Shown here in pieces: positions 54,031 to 62,405 of a stretch of DNA of 64,000 nt; within the stretch, counting starts at the first letter, position 1, and each line of letters starts with the position of its first letter. The position numbers and the translations under genes are program-made. The stretch lies in the sequence record MN871451.1; one strand, 5' to 3'. The notes beneath the pieces were generated by a model. The model had not been told where the DNA came from. It ran no database searches and saw only the letters and a program-made list of their open reading frames with translations.

Positions 54031-55722
54031 ATGACTGATCAAATTGTTGCTGTTAATACCGTCACCGAAGCTTCTGATCGTTTCTACGAAACCTTAGTAG
54101 ACGTTATTGAACACAATCTTTCTCTGCACGATATCAACGATGACATTTATCGTGTCGATGTTGAACACAGCACGGGGAAAAGTTTATATCAGCACTACCT
54201 GGAACTTTTCCCGGAAGAAGAACGTCAGCAGTATCGCTGCAAAACCTGTGAGCGTTGGTTGAACAAATACGGTCAATACGTAACGATTGTCGACGGGTTA
54301 GTGAAGTCGATGGCGTTCAACGTTGACGTGGAAGCAGAAGGCGAACCGACGAACAACGTCTACGCATTCGTGGCTGCGTTAAACAAAGTGATCTCAAAAT
54401 GCCCGGTGGCAAACATCGTGGTTGAAAACGTCGCTGACTATTCTTTCCCGCATTCCGGTAAATTCCGCCATTTCAACGGTACCCTGAACTGCGCGTCGAA
54501 AGAATTGATCTTCGTTTATCAGAACGACGAAGAGCGTCTGGGTAAAGAAGCAGAGGCGCGTGAGTTGGTGCGTATTCTTCAAAGCGGTCTGTTGCGCTGG
54601 GAATCGAATACCGTTCGCGCCGCTTATGAACTGTTTGAATACGGTGAACTGAAGCACCTCACCAAGTTCAAAAACCAATTCATGAAGTGGCACAAACTCT
54701 ACACCGCCTTCCATGAAACGAAAAACAACAATATCAAAACCAACCTGGTTTGGGAAGCGATGGACTTTGATAACAAAGATATCATCCATTTCCACACTAC
54801 GGCGGTTGGGGTGTTGCTCGACGATATTAAAGACGGTAATCTGCGTTACGGGATTAACCAATTCCGCATCCGTACCGAAGGCGTCAACTACATGCGGGCA
54901 ACCGAAGCCCCGACTGAAGAACAGCTGGAAAAAGCGAAAAAGCTCGTCGCTGAATTAGGGATTGAGTCGGCGTTCCGTCGCCGTTTCGCTACGCTGGCTG
55001 ATATTCAGGAATGGTTCTGGCAACCGAAAGAAACAGAAGCGGCTACTGAAGCTAAGGGAAGTATTTTCGATGGCCTGAAAACCAAAGAGAATAAAACAGA
55101 GCCTCAGCGCTCGGTAGTAAGTGGCGGGGATATTTCACTGATGCAATTTATCGCGGAGGTGTTACCGAAGGCGAAAGCGCTGTTCGTTGAGTTAAGAGGC
55201 GGGCACTACGGCCGTTATAACTTTGCGCAATTCACCGCGCAGGCCGACCCGGATGCAAAACCGATCTATCGTTGGGACAGCGAAGAGAAACGTAACAGCG
55301 TAGCGAGCTACAGCTATCAGAACGGAAGCCCGATCGGTCAGTGGTCGGAGACAGCGGGTCAACGTGTCAAGGTAGTGGGTATTTCGCTCACGCCAGCAGT
55401 ATGGGGCGGGAAAGAAACCTTCAGCTATCAGACACCAGATCGCGGGATGCTCCTGGTACTTGAGGGCTGGAAAGATAACGTAGCGAAACAATCCGCATTG
55501 TTTGCTGAAGACCTCAATCACGAACTTCGTGACGTTCGTCGGGTTGTCGAAGCATTCTCTCAGGCGAATCCACTGGAGCAGGTCGAAGGGCAGGTTGTAG
55601 CCGGTCTGCAGATTCCGGGAAACACCGGTGTGGAGATCTACCGCAGTACGGGTGAATTCCAACTGCTGGCGGAAAATGAAGACGGGGTAATGGTTCGCTA
55701 TTCCCTGACGCGCCACTTCTAA
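54031..55722 (+). CDS. Large conserved phage protein of unknown function (possible Zn-binding CxxC...H..F.H)
   Basis: YRCKTCERWLNKYG, HSGKFRHF, YMRATEAPT, FRRRFATLADI; strongly biased codons; ATG 54031 after AAGGA. Confidence 0.8.
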   Translation: MTDQIVAVNTVTEASDRFYETLVDVIEHNLSLHDINDDIYRVDVEHSTGKSLYQHYLELFPEEERQQYRCKTCERWLNKYGQYVTIVDGLVKSMAFNVDVEAEGEPTNNVYAFVAALNKVISKCPVANIVVENVADYSFPHSGKFRHFNGTLNCASKELIFVYQNDEERLGKEAEARELVRILQSGLLRWESNTVRAAYELFEYGELKHLTKFKNQFMKWHKLYTAFHETKNNNIKTNLVWEAMDFDNKDIIHFHTTAVGVLLDDIKDGNLRYGINQFRIRTEGVNYMRATEAPTEEQLEKAKKLVAELGIESAFRRRFATLADIQEWFWQPKETEAATEAKGSIFDGLKTKENKTEPQRSVVSGGDISLMQFIAEVLPKAKALFVELRGGHYGRYNFAQFTAQADPDAKPIYRWDSEEKRNSVASYSYQNGSPIGQWSETAGQRVKVVGISLTPAVWGGKETFSYQTPDRGMLLVLEGWKDNVAKQSALFAEDLNHELRDVRRVVEAFSQANPLEQVEGQVVAGLQIPGNTGVEIYRSTGEFQLLAENEDGVMVRYSLTRHF

Positions 55723-55741
55723 GTTTGGGAACATAAGGCCG

Positions 55742-55770
55742 GTATAGGGGAGAAATCCCCTATACTTTTT
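55742..55770 (+). terminator. Intrinsic terminator
   Basis: GTATAGGGGA-gaaa-TCCCCTATAC followed by TTTTT. Confidence 0.8.
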
Positions 55771-55792
55771 ATTTTGATTATAGGAGTACAAA

Positions 55793-56173
55793 ATGGAATT
55801 CAAATTCAAAGAAGCGGAACTCACTGAACGTTGGTTGAAACATTGCCAAAAAGAATTAGGAGAGGGAGAGAAAGTAGCAGCAGCTTTCCACTTTCAAAGG
55901 GGGAGTGTTTATAACGGAAAGAATCCCTTCGACGGGATGATCCTTGCCACTGGACCGGAATTGTCATTTCATGCGTTCCTCGATCGAGGGCAGACAAAGA
56001 TATACCTCGGTAAACTAGAGCTCTCTACTGTCGGTCTGAAGCCTCCTCATATAGGGCTCGAAAGGCTGCGACAGACTGATGACCAATTATCCCTATTACA
56101 GTTGGTTTCTGACTTTGGTCCATTAGCTGAGGGAATACGTGAATATTTCCTTGTGCAGGGGAAAGATAAATGA
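55793..56173 (+). CDS. Hypothetical protein
   Basis: AGGAG SD. Confidence 0.7.
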   Translation: MEFKFKEAELTERWLKHCQKELGEGEKVAAAFHFQRGSVYNGKNPFDGMILATGPELSFHAFLDRGQTKIYLGKLELSTVGLKPPHIGLERLRQTDDQLSLLQLVSDFGPLAEGIREYFLVQGKDK

Positions 56174-56601
56174 AACCTTTAGAACCCGGTTGTCGGGCAA
56201 TAGTCATCCGAGACTCTAAAAATCCAGAAAATGTCGGGAAAGAAGTCATTCTTGGCGTTAGTATTTCGCCAGGAAATATGCTTCAAGTCACCGTTAACGA
56301 AAATGGATTAGAGAATGTTGCAGAAGTTATCTCGGGACGGGAAGTTTGGATGGTTAATGGTAAAGTTCGGTCCTATGTGGAATTTCATTGGGGGTTAGTT
56401 GGTGGATGCTTTAAGGGATTAGCAGAATCTTTCTTAGATTCAGGGGGTACTTATTTTAATGCTGCCTTTCGACCTCATCAACTCATGCGCATCGACGGTT
56501 TTTCCGACGAAGACAAACAAAAAGACCGCGAGCAGGAAATCGGTCGAGGACTATTAACGCCCGTAGTATGGGTGGGTGATCAATACAGCAACATCGAATA
56601 G
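56170..56601 (+). CDS. Hypothetical protein (MKPLEPGC...LMRIDG phage family)
   Basis: ATGA overlap; recurrent phage motif. Confidence 0.7.
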   Translation: MKPLEPGCRAIVIRDSKNPENVGKEVILGVSISPGNMLQVTVNENGLENVAEVISGREVWMVNGKVRSYVEFHWGLVGGCFKGLAESFLDSGGTYFNAAFRPHQLMRIDGFSDEDKQKDREQEIGRGLLTPVVWVGDQYSNIE

Positions 56602-56609
56602 GATATTAA

Positions 56610-57161
56610 GTGGACAAAGCTATGTTTACCGATATTAAGAAAATGCAGTTTAAGATCATCAAAGAAAACCAAGAGTATTTTGTTACCGGAATTCCTGAGG
56701 CAGAAGGACAAGTGTTCTTTAAAGCAAACTCTGACGTCGGGTTTAATTTGGTTGGTTTGGCGGCTGCTAGCGGGGAGTTAACATTCACCGATATGCAAAT
56801 ACGTACACTGTCAAATTTTGCGGTGGACAAAGTGCTCATCCGTTACACTAAATTTAACGAAGATGGTGAACTCGAAAGTTCAGGTCACGTCGTTGTTCAG
56901 TACCCGCGTTTTCGCCCCACTCAGAATACGACGTATAACTTCCGAGTATTCGATTTAGTCAACGGGACTGAAATCGATATACCGGGGCTGATCGATGATG
57001 CATTTATCTGCGTCGACGGGGAAGTTAACATTGAGACTTGTAATGCACGTTTCAAGATTACAGCCGAAGGTAATGAGCGGGTTAATCTGGAGGTCGTGGG
57101 TTTTACACTAGATGTAGAAACGGGTATTTACGTAAAGGATACCGAAACCCAATCTGGTTAA
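56610..57161 (+). CDS. Hypothetical protein
   Basis: Packed run; start uncertain. Confidence 0.7.
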   Translation: MDKAMFTDIKKMQFKIIKENQEYFVTGIPEAEGQVFFKANSDVGFNLVGLAAASGELTFTDMQIRTLSNFAVDKVLIRYTKFNEDGELESSGHVVVQYPRFRPTQNTTYNFRVFDLVNGTEIDIPGLIDDAFICVDGEVNIETCNARFKITAEGNERVNLEVVGFTLDVETGIYVKDTETQSG

Positions 57162-57164
57162 CGT

Positions 57165-57182
57165 CTATATCACTCTAGTGTA
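57165..57182 (+). promoter_or_regulatory. Phage early promoter (CTATATCAC-N5-TGTA)
   Basis: Motif copy, intergenic, followed by a three-hairpin leader. Confidence 0.7.
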
Positions 57183-57276
57183 GAGACAACATCTCTACAC
57201 TTTATATCTGAGAATCTAAAATTCTCTTATCTAACGTAACGGGCCACTAACTGGTCACGAAGAAGGAAACTGTACG

Positions 57277-58083
57277 ATGATTATTTTACCAAATGAAGTC
57301 CAAAACACCAATGATACTGCTCTGGTGCACCCTTATACCCCAGAGTTCCGTATTAGGCTCGGCGAAGAACGTCCTGGGCTTAAAAATTATATTATGCCGG
57401 AACGAGATAATGAGAATTATAAAATTATCCCGGTGATTACCCATGACAAAACAACCGATATGCGTTGGTTATCGATTGCGGAACGCGTGGATGACAATAA
57501 CTTAATTATTCGTTTTATCAATCAGAAGCCCTATAGGCTTTACTCAAATATTGAAGGTCAAGAAGAGAAGTTCGTCTCTCAACTTGGGCGGGTTATGAAT
57601 TGGTTCGGCGAATATATTTATTATTTTCTTGTAAACCGTCATGGCATTGGTTTCAAGAATGATAAGGTTATCGACGTTTATAATCAGTTACCGGTTAAGG
57701 TTGTTACTTTAAACCCATTCTTCGACGTAATTGCAGAATTCTGTCACGAACGTAAAATAAATGTTCCTATTTTTGATGGAAGAAGATTCGAAGATGGGGT
57801 AGTCCTGAAACCAAAAATCTCTGTCGTCTTCTACGCGCTTTTTGCCGGAATTAAAACGAGGGTAATGTTAAAGGCGGGTGTTAGTTTTAACTCAGAAAAC
57901 GGGCCTTCGTTTGGTTTTAATTCAAACCGAGTTTATACGATTTCCCCTGCCGTAGGAGTGGATAATCTCGACCAGAATTATCGGTTACACATTGTTGAAC
58001 CGGGGTTTGGTAGCAATGAACTTTCTTTACTGAATCAGGACATCGTTAAAGCCTGGTTAAAAGCTGTGGTAGAGAGAATTTAA
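57277..58083 (+). CDS. Hypothetical protein
   Basis: GAAGGA SD; 268 aa. Confidence 0.75.
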   Translation: MIILPNEVQNTNDTALVHPYTPEFRIRLGEERPGLKNYIMPERDNENYKIIPVITHDKTTDMRWLSIAERVDDNNLIIRFINQKPYRLYSNIEGQEEKFVSQLGRVMNWFGEYIYYFLVNRHGIGFKNDKVIDVYNQLPVKVVTLNPFFDVIAEFCHERKINVPIFDGRRFEDGVVLKPKISVVFYALFAGIKTRVMLKAGVSFNSENGPSFGFNSNRVYTISPAVGVDNLDQNYRLHIVEPGFGSNELSLLNQDIVKAWLKAVVERI

Positions 58084-58146
58084 TTTCTCTTAGATGGGAA
58101 GCAATAACAACCCAAGAGAAAAATAAAAACGTTTAATGGCCTCATC

Positions 58147-58173
58147 GTCCTGGGAGAGACTATCTCCCAGGAC
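58147..58173 (+). other. 11-bp intergenic hairpin
   Basis: GTCCTGGGAGA-gacta-TCTCCCAGGAC; no U-tract. Confidence 0.5.
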
Positions 58174-58196
58174 CTACGCTATAAAGGATAAAATAA

Positions 58197-58562
58197 ATGG
58201 CGATCTTATTCCAATTCGGCGAACTCAAAGAAGACAGCGAGGACGGTAATAAACCTTTCGCACAGGTTCCCAGTACTTGTCCTCTGGATAACTCGTTATT
58301 CATTACCCACTCCAATTATCATTCGGTGGTCAATTTCACTAACAATTATCTCAATATTGTTTTCAGTGGACAAGAAAAAGAGGGGATTCTCTACGGTAAA
58401 ATAGATGAATTTTTCCTGGAGAAACTTCAATTACTGACCCGCTGGCCAATGACAGAAACACAACGCAATAACATTGGTTTTTCTGACTTTGAAGAATTTC
58501 TAAAAGTTGCGCGCTGGTGTGCCGATAATCTCGACAATCCTTATTGGGTTGCGATGCCATAA
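58197..58562 (+). CDS. Hypothetical protein
   Basis: AAGGA SD. Confidence 0.7.
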   Translation: MAILFQFGELKEDSEDGNKPFAQVPSTCPLDNSLFITHSNYHSVVNFTNNYLNIVFSGQEKEGILYGKIDEFFLEKLQLLTRWPMTETQRNNIGFSDFEEFLKVARWCADNLDNPYWVAMP

Positions 58563-58577
58563 GACGAGGGAATAAAA

Positions 58578-59303
58578 ATGATTCATTACGTTAACAATGA
58601 CATTACAGACGAAGAGCTCAACCGATTCATTCTCGATAAAGAGGGTAATTTGAAAACGGTAGTTTCATTACCGTATCGGATCTTAGTCCATAAGTTAAAA
58701 TTCCCTCTTCAGATGGCGATGGTACAGGAGAAGAAGATCAGCTTTACAGAAGCTGAAGCACTGCTCTTCCGCGATCTGAATAACCCGCCAGATTATCACG
58801 TTAATTTGCTCATTGATCTTCTGCAGAAAAATAAAAATCAGGTCTCCCTTTTCCGTAATACACCAGACGGCGTAAAGCAGTCGATTTTCACTGTTGGCTC
58901 GATTCTGTTCCTCGGTAATCTTTCACGTCAAGAAGTAGTATTATGCAATAACAGTAATGGTACACAACCTCCTGAAAAACCAAAGGAAAAACCGAAAATG
59001 GCAAAAGCACGCAAACCTTCTACGCCGGGCGAAATTCTTTTGAAAGAATACCTGGAACCGAAAGAAATTTCTCCGACTGATTTCGCTGCGCATATCGGTC
59101 TGGCGACGGCAACGCTGTCTCGTCTGATCAACGGCAAAACCAAACTGACGATCCGCACCGCGCACCGCCTGGCAAAGGCTACCAAAACCACCGTCGAATT
59201 CTGGGTTAATCTCCAGCAGGCGGTTGACCTCGCTGAAGCCAAAGCTGATAAAGAGCTGGCCGCCGAAGTGAAAGCGATCAAACTGCACCCGGCGTTTAAA
59301 TAA
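58578..59303 (+). CDS. Hypothetical N-terminal region fused in frame to a HigA-like HTH domain
   Basis: GAGGGA SD; no stop before the HigA-like part. Confidence 0.55.
   Translation: MIHYVNNDITDEELNRFILDKEGNLKTVVSLPYRILVHKLKFPLQMAMVQEKKISFTEAEALLFRDLNNPPDYHVNLLIDLLQKNKNQVSLFRNTPDGVKQSIFTVGSILFLGNLSRQEVVLCNNSNGTQPPEKPKEKPKMAKARKPSTPGEILLKEYLEPKEISPTDFAAHIGLATATLSRLINGKTKLTIRTAHRLAKATKTTVEFWVNLQQAVDLAEAKADKELAAEVKAIKLHPAFK
58998..59303 (+). CDS. higA: Orphan HigA-family (Xre HTH) antitoxin-like protein
   Basis: STPGEILLKEYLEP...FAAHIG....LSRLINGK..LT...A.RLA....TTVEFWVNLQ...DL; own AAGGA SD; abrupt shift to highly biased codons. Confidence 0.8.
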   Translation: MAKARKPSTPGEILLKEYLEPKEISPTDFAAHIGLATATLSRLINGKTKLTIRTAHRLAKATKTTVEFWVNLQQAVDLAEAKADKELAAEVKAIKLHPAFK

Positions 59304-59328
59304 TTCCGCTTTTTTGGCGCAAATGTAG

Positions 59329-59380
59329 CCTAGGAGAACCCGAAGGTTCTCCTAGGTCTATGTTTACTTTGTTTTTTTTT
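59329..59380. terminator. Terminator between convergent genes
   Basis: 12-bp stem CCTAGGAGAACC-cgaa-GGTTCTCCTAGG followed by a T-rich tract. Confidence 0.7.
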
Positions 59381-59382
59381 CT

Positions 59383-61689
59383 TTAAGCTATCTCATAATA
59401 CCCCGCTACATCGTAGTAAATATAAGGCGCATTTCCAGCACTAGTGTTCAGGTTTGCCGCGTTAAACGTGGTTGCCGAGACTCCGCTTAAAATTTTTAAG
59501 GTCGTATTTGTAATACTTGCCTTTAAATTCATTGCATCAGTCGCGCCGATAATGTTTTTAACCTCGATACTTGAAATCGAATTACCGCCACTTGCAACAC
59601 TTACAGGTAAGTTACCTATAGTTATTGGACCAGAAGGGTAAGCCAACGCGCCGTTTTTAAATAGTTTTAGGGAGAAGAAGAAAATTTTACCTACAATCTT
59701 ACCTGTACCTACAGCAGTTTCTAAATTAGTATATTCAACCCCATTTACAAAAAGCGTTGGGATAAAACTTATTTTTCCAGCATAGACAAAATCCTCGTAA
59801 GAACCCAACGAACCATGAGGCAGTATCGCACGACTTTCATTAATACTACCTATTATCCGATAACCGTTTTCATCAAAAATTGAAACTAAAAACGGATCTC
59901 TGGTTTGTTTTGCTCCTTTACTAGGATATGTAATAGAAACCGAAAGCGGGTTATTCGTCCCTATCCCATTGGCAGAATATGCAGCTAGTTGACAGTTTGA
60001 CGAGAGTACCACCTTGTCAGAATTGAACCCGTGTGCAACTAAATAACCGATACCATAACCTTCGGGTCTATAAACATCTCGATTATCAACACCAAAGAAA
60101 TTTCCAGTCGCAGAAGAACCCAAAGAACGTTGAATTAAACCAACGCCCTCTAGATAAATATTATTGATAGAACAAAGATACGTCACTATCCCATTCTCGT
60201 TATTAAAGAAAAACGGTGCTCTATGAGGGCCTAAAACTTTGACTGATTTAATTTCGTAAGAAGCAGCTGCGCGACCGTAGCGAGAATAAACAGTAAGGAC
60301 TCTCCCTACTACCCCACGATAAGGGCTCATTTTTGAAGCTGTCCCGCCGGTATTATTAGATAATCTCCCGCCTGCCGAAGTTTTTGCACTATTGGCGTTT
60401 TTGTAGAAATAAGTATCAAAATAAGTATCAACACTCTTATGTCGATCACCGAAAGCTTGATCAACTTGCCCATAAACAACAAAATCAACTTTATAAAAAT
60501 CGGTCCAACCTAATGACCATACGTCTGTCGCTGGATACGGCGGTAAATACGGGTTATTGTTACTATCATTTCTTTGCGTCCACCAACCACCGTGAATATC
60601 TCCTGTGTAGTTACCTGAGAAATGTAAGGTTCCGGCAGAACAACGTTCAATGCCCTGAAATATACCGGCTATGGCGCAATTAGAAACTTTAATTTGTTCA
60701 AAGGATTGTTCTGCCGTTCCTTCTACTACTCTACCTATAAAGAAATTAGAAATATTGATATTAATTAAATTATATATTACAGTCCCTTGATATTTACTCC
60801 CAGCAGTAAAAAGAATACCAATCGGCTGATCGGTATCTATAGGAGACGAATTTATTGACCAATTCCCTACAAATCCGTCTTTATTTACATCTGATCCGCG
60901 AATAGTTACTCTACCAGTTAATTTAAGGCACACTGGTTGCGTGTAAATAGTCTCCGGTGAGAGATTACTGTCCCCGTTATTTACCCATCCCGGATAAACA
61001 GTACCGTCATCTCCAGGAAGCGTTAAAGTAGTAGTTGTGCTGAAAATATTATAAAAGCCAGAAACAGTAATTTCACTCGCCGAGGCTTTTGATGCGTAAT
61101 CAAATGCTTTTTGGACATAATTTGTCGAATCAAAAGTAGGTGATATTGAATTCGGGATTGCACCAAACATTGTTAAATCTAGTGATAATCTCTCTACGCG
61201 CTGCCAATAAAATCCGTTTCCTGCCGCGATTACACCACCGTCATCTGTAGCTGATCCGGTGAAACCCACAAATTCCCCTCCACCTAAAGCTTGACCTTCA
61301 TGCCAACTGCGCAAATAAATTTTTTGCCCTGTTCTGAAAACCGGCAGCGCGCGGAGAGCGGCAAAACTCCCTATTTCTTCAACAAAATTTACAGGTATAT
61401 TCTGTTGAATTTTCCCGTAGGCGTCTAAAATCGTCACGCTGTAATGCGTTTCTACCGAAAGAGTAACTGTGTTACCTAAATTATCAACAGGTATCCCATT
61501 GCTGTTTAGAGCAATGGGTTGTGAAATAGTAGATACCGTACCGTCTGTTTTCATTGCGGTTACTGTCAATTGATTACTTAGCACCGTGGGGTCAGTATTA
61601 ATCTTGCCGATATACAAAGAGCCTGAGTTGGCGGCTCTCCCGCTATCGATCAATCTAAACTGATTGGATGGCATCGAAATAATATTCAT
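59383..61689 (-). CDS. Tailspike with a P22/Sf6/HK620-type head-binding domain
   Basis: IISMPSNQF...LYIGKINTDP...NQL.V....DG....ISQPIALNSNG.PV...HYSVTILDAYG matches the P22-like N-terminal domain. Followed by FAALRAL...LRSWHEG..LGGGEF...DDGGVI...WQR and LTMFGA...VQKAFDYA, then a beta-helix. Confidence 0.88.
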   Translation of the reverse strand: MNIISMPSNQFRLIDSGRAANSGSLYIGKINTDPTVLSNQLTVTAMKTDGTVSTISQPIALNSNGIPVDNLGNTVTLSVETHYSVTILDAYGKIQQNIPVNFVEEIGSFAALRALPVFRTGQKIYLRSWHEGQALGGGEFVGFTGSATDDGGVIAAGNGFYWQRVERLSLDLTMFGAIPNSISPTFDSTNYVQKAFDYASKASASEITVSGFYNIFSTTTTLTLPGDDGTVYPGWVNNGDSNLSPETIYTQPVCLKLTGRVTIRGSDVNKDGFVGNWSINSSPIDTDQPIGILFTAGSKYQGTVIYNLININISNFFIGRVVEGTAEQSFEQIKVSNCAIAGIFQGIERCSAGTLHFSGNYTGDIHGGWWTQRNDSNNNPYLPPYPATDVWSLGWTDFYKVDFVVYGQVDQAFGDRHKSVDTYFDTYFYKNANSAKTSAGGRLSNNTGGTASKMSPYRGVVGRVLTVYSRYGRAAASYEIKSVKVLGPHRAPFFFNNENGIVTYLCSINNIYLEGVGLIQRSLGSSATGNFFGVDNRDVYRPEGYGIGYLVAHGFNSDKVVLSSNCQLAAYSANGIGTNNPLSVSITYPSKGAKQTRDPFLVSIFDENGYRIIGSINESRAILPHGSLGSYEDFVYAGKISFIPTLFVNGVEYTNLETAVGTGKIVGKIFFFSLKLFKNGALAYPSGPITIGNLPVSVASGGNSISSIEVKNIIGATDAMNLKASITNTTLKILSGVSATTFNAANLNTSAGNAPYIYYDVAGYYEIA

Positions 61690-61817
61690 GTAGTTGGCAC
61701 TCCAAACCGTGTGGATATAGCTTGTTTCTTGTCACAAGAAACGGGTTAATGCGAAGTCATCACCTCTATTATCACGCCAATCTAAATTATTTTGAACCCG
61801 CTATTAAGGAAATCAAC

Positions 61818-62357
61818 ATGTTATTTTCAATGATTGTCGCGCACGATCTCGATTACATTATCGGACAAGATGATAAACTTGCTTGGAAATCAAAAGAAGA
61901 CCTTTCATGGTTTGTAAGAAAAACCAAAAATAAAGCCATCGTCATGGGGTCTACTACGGCTAAGGGTATTGGCCGGGCTTTACCCGGACGAGCCCATTAT
62001 GTTCTGACCTCTGATCCCAGTCAGTTTGAAAACACCCCCGAACTCCTCGCGTATAGCTCATTTGAAGATATCGCTGTAGACGCCTCTAGAAAAGGCTACA
62101 ACGAGATTGTTATCTGCGGAGGGGTAAGTATCTACAAACAACTATTAGATCGGGTACAGAAGCTTTACGTGACGGAAATCCCTATTCGCTCCAAAGGGAA
62201 TGTTCCGCTCGACATTGATCTTATCCAAGAACTCAGTAAACTATTCTCTTATACTACCGTTCACCGTGGTTGGACCCTTGAGTCGCATGAATTCGGGGAA
62301 GACGAGGGATGTCGTTTCTCTACGTTCGTGAAAATACAGAATCCAATAACACGCTGA
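61818..62357 (+). CDS. folA: Dihydrofolate reductase
   Basis: MIVAHD...IIGQDDKLAW..KEDLSWF...T...IVMGSTT..IGRALPGR.HYVLT, ICGGVSIY; ATG 61818 after AAGGA. Confidence 0.92.
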   Translation: MLFSMIVAHDLDYIIGQDDKLAWKSKEDLSWFVRKTKNKAIVMGSTTAKGIGRALPGRAHYVLTSDPSQFENTPELLAYSSFEDIAVDASRKGYNEIVICGGVSIYKQLLDRVQKLYVTEIPIRSKGNVPLDIDLIQELSKLFSYTTVHRGWTLESHEFGEDEGCRFSTFVKIQNPITR

Positions 62358-62405
62358 TAATATTTATTTTGAAGATTAAGATTTAACACTTTCAAAGGGG
62401 TTACA

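Noticed and set aside
55192-55824. 210-aa minus-strand ORF (and 54394..54861)
   Set aside because: Antisense to the 54031 gene and crosses a + strand terminator; typical codon-bias shadow.
61724-61742. GTTTCTTG-tca-CAAGAAAC inverted repeat between the divergent tailspike and DHFR genes
   Set aside because: A single 8-bp palindrome with no second copy; operator or insertion-scar roles cannot be supported.
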